This document shows positions 60,619 to 64,000 of a stretch of 64,000 nucleotides of DNA, one piece after another. Position 1 is the stretch's first letter. Every line of letters begins with the position of its first letter. The translations under genes were made by a program, and so were the position numbers. Below the pieces are notes generated by a model, which made no database searches, was not told where the DNA came from, and saw only the letters and a program-made list of their open reading frames with translations. Origin of the DNA: Nemertoderma westbladi (lineage: Eukaryota; Animalia; Xenacoelomorpha); contig JAUCBJ010003086.1 in assembly GCA_032718475.1 (NCBI GenBank), forward strand, positions 23,443-87,442, read 5' to 3'.

Positions 60619-60708
60619 CTACTACTACTACTAGGTCGAGCGAACTCGGACATCTCGGACGCTTGTAGGAGTTGCGACCACAAGCGGTTTACTCCCGCAA
60701 CTGAAAGA
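60619..60708 (-). mobile_element. 90-bp retroposed insert (LINE/SINE 3' tip) with (TAG)n tail and 12-bp TSD
   Basis: TCTAGAACAATA at 60607-60618 and 60709-60720; (CTA)5 at the left end. Confidence 0.8.
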
Positions 60709-61219
60709 TCTAGAACAATATCATTATTTTAAAAACAAATTGCCACATTTTATTGAATATTAGTTTTGGAAAATTTTGGTATACTGAGAGCTAAACCTGT
60801 TTTGTTATAACGGTGATATATGGTTCCAAAGATATACCCATGTATGAAATATTTTTATTTTTCATCATTTTAATCTCATTCCACTCTGTTTCAAAATAAT
60901 GACTTTATAAAAAATATTTATGTCAATAAAAAAACAATCAAGATGGGTCTAAAAAATCACTTTAAAATGACAAGTGACATCTAAATGGCATTTCAGACAA
61001 TACTCCTTCACAGGTTACCATGACTACCACTACAGATGCAATTGAAGATGACTCCGATATGTCACAAACAAATGACTTGACACCTACCACAAAAGAGAGG
61101 TTAGTTCTTATTACAAGTACAACAGTATTAGATGAGTAGACTTAACATTTGATATTATTCTAGGCAGTAGAACATTGGGTTATGGTTTTTACAGGGCTGC
61201 ATGAGCTGCCCCCACACAT

Positions 61220-61413
61220 AAGGACCACACTGCGCACAATCTTGTGCTTTGGCAGCCCCATAGAGAAAATAAGCATGATGGACAGCCCATGACTTTCTTG
61301 AGACGCATCTTAAAGGACGCTGGCCTTGAAGATGCAGATAATCTCGCGAAAGTCATGGGGATAGGGAGTTGTGGCGGTGCAACTTTGTTGATAAGCCGGC
61401 ATAGCATTCTTAA
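61220..61413 (+). mobile_element. RTE-like LINE 3' fragment, third copy
   Basis: LWQPH....DGQPMTFLRRILKDAGL; aligns with ~12891-13079. Confidence 0.75.
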
Positions 61414-62934
61414 TGCACGCTGCATTTGGCTTGCCTATTTGGATTGTATGGTTGTGGCAAAATACTTTTGCCAAGCTGGCATAGCATCTTAATGTGCAGT
61501 TTCAATTATTACAATTATACATCATATTCAATTATAGTACTGTACGTACAGTTGTAATTGCTTATGAATAGTCCTTCTGCTATTCGTGTGTATCGAACTG
61601 CACTAGCGCGCCGACGAGTAGCTCTTACATTAGGATAGGAAGTAAACGGATGCGTGCAGCTGTGTTGCTGGCCAACCTCATGCGGTACTGATAAGACTTG
61701 ACGTGCTAAAAAAACGCTCTAGAAACCTGTCGATAAACATAAATGCATATCGAACTAATGCTAAAGACTGCAAAAATTATGAGTTTATTTCATTGGAGCT
61801 TTTATGTTAACAGATTGTGAAATGCTTTAAAATATGAATTTAAAGTGAATGAATTTTCATTATTAAATACTTTATTATTACAATCTATTCAATCGGTAAA
61901 ATCAAAGAGAAAATGGTGTGTAAAACGATTCCTTGTACAACATTATTTCCACTCTAAATATATGTATACTGCTATTCATAACTTGTAATGTATTTGAGTT
62001 GGTTGAAGGTCATGATGGCATTGATTTGTGTCCATTTATTGCCGACACCCTCATTATCATCTCGAATATGAATGTCACATACTTGATCTAGTCTTTGACG
62101 TTTGCTATTGGATACACCCCCCCCCACACCATCCCTTTCAGTGAAAGCTGCCTTTGCACTGATGTCTATATTATTCATAACCTTCCAACACATGTTAATA
62201 TTCATCATTGGCGAACATTGGCAACTATCAGAATCGTATCTAGATATTTAGAAAGTTTTATATGCCAATTATATATCAGGTGGTCAGATATTAATGACGT
62301 GAACGTGCTTCAGTATCGTCTTTTAATCTCAAAAAGTGGAGAAATCGAGTCAACCTTGCTGCCACCTTGTAAGTATTGTTAATACACCTATATATCCAAA
62401 GCCAACTTACCAAGCGTATATTTGGAAAAACGTTTAGTATCCATCATCAATGTACCTTCTCCCATTATACTGTAGGTATGTCTGTTAGATGTGGAGGATA
62501 TGATACCTGATTGGATGCTTGTTCTTCCAGCTCCATCAGCAATCCTCTCTCTCTCTCTCTGCTGTATTGAAATTGTACTACGTCATGTAAACCACCAACG
62601 TATCTGCCTACAAAATAAACTTCATTGCATTGAGTTGTACAAATTCAAGTAATGTACCAAATGGAAGGAGGCGGAATTGGAATGAACTGATGCACTTGAC
62701 ACCTCAGATGATTTATAATAAAGCAATAATTGTATCACATACATTACCTACTCGACTAAGAATACTCTATTTCCTCTGATGACATCATCGCATACCAATT
62801 AAGAATACGTACGTACCTAATTATGTATTTATTATTAAATAAAGAGGATTTAGTATTCAATAATGTCATTATCGAAGGAATCATGTTCGCAGAAATCATC
62901 TAGGAACAATTATGATAAATATATAAATTGAAAG

Positions 62935-63936
62935 GGTTACACCTAACACCAGTTCTAACAGAAATGGGTACTTACTTTTAGACCTAATGGAAGAATGTGA
63001 ATTGATACCAACAAACAACACATTCGAAAAGAGTAAGGGGAAGCTATGGACCTTTCAATACCCTAATGGAACCAAAGCACAACTGGATTACATCCTTATA
63101 AACAAAAAGTGGAGAAATAGCATGATCAACTTCGAGGCATACAGCTCGTTCAACCTAATTGGTTCGGACCACAGAATTGTGACTGCAGAGATCAGACTCA
63201 GTTTGAGAGCCAGCAAACCCAGGACAAGCAAGCAAATCAACTATGACTGGGAGAAACTCAGAACTGACAATGCTGTAAAGGATGCTTATACAGTAGAAGT
63301 TCAAAACCGCTTTGAAGCACTTCAGTCAATGGATGAAGACCAATCCACCGATTCAATATACCAGAATATAATAACAGCCCACAAGGAATCAGCTAAGAGG
63401 CATATCCCCCTGAAACCTAAACGAAAACAGTATGTGCCATGGCAAAACTCTGAGGTTACTTGTAAGAGAGAAGATCTTAAGATAGCCTACAAAGTTAAAA
63501 CCGAACAACCAACAACCGAAAACATTAACAAGGTTGAGAAAGCTAAGGACGATCTTAAATTGGCCTACAACATCAGCCAGGAAAAGTACATACAGGATAA
63601 AACTGAAGCAATTACAACTGCTCACATACAGCAACAATCAAGACTTACCTGGCAAACTGTAAATGACGTATCTGGTAGGAAAAGTTGTGCAAAGGGGCGC
63701 CTCAAAGCCGATAGTCCTGAAGAACGTGTTGGGAAGTGGAAAAATCACTTCAGCAACTTGCTTGGGCAGCCACCAAACATCGAGGTCAGCCCTACAAGGA
63801 AAATATATGACAAGACAATACCTATAGAAACAGGGGACTTCACACATGCCGAACTCCAAAGAAGCATTAAAAGCATGTCCAATAATAAAGCGAGTGGATT
63901 AGATGAAATCCCAGTGGAGGTATGGAAAACCGGAGT
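62935..63936 (+). mobile_element. LINE (RTE-like) ORF fragment: end of AP endonuclease, linker, start of RT
   Basis: N.NG..L, WTF..PNG.KAQLDYIL, GSDHRIV, W..HF..LL, NNKASGLDEIP.EVWK; similarity stops after VWKTG. Confidence 0.9.
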
Positions 63937-64000
63937 GCATTTTGCATCAAAAATTAAAAAATCCTTACTCAAAGAGACTGAAAACGCTTAGTAGCACTGT

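Noticed and set aside
62987-63991. Intact 334-aa host gene or active LINE
   Set aside because: Lacks most of the endonuclease and the RT core; it is a truncated retrotransposon fragment.

Overview
AT-rich, repeat-rich eukaryotic DNA, most likely from an invertebrate animal (GT-AG introns, LINEs, MITEs, metazoan-type genes); it is not prokaryotic and has no CRISPR array. (1) 0.6-12.1 kb: an inverted duplication of a tandem pair of intronless PLP-dependent class-V C-S lyase genes (Egt2/cysteine desulfhydrase/CefD-like). It holds three intact copies and one pseudogene around a central 40-bp tandem array, with a TSD-flanked LINE in one arm. (2) 13.1-15.8 kb: a non-autonomous TIR transposon carrying a 27-bp minisatellite; a second copy ends at about 460. 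(3) 18.2-57.0 kb: an intronless, N-terminally extended ATP synthase subunit g gene lies head-to-head with a spliced gene encoding only the C-terminal TPR region of CFAP70. One CFAP70 intron holds a nested Cys-rich CG13380-like gene and a foldback element; another (28.4 kb) holds about 26 kb of a 31-bp satellite whose unit resembles splice signals. (4) 57.9-64 kb: MITEs, an intronless FUN14-domain (FUNDC) gene, X-box-like motifs and a LINE fragment. Family assignments come from motif recognition by eye; no searches were run.
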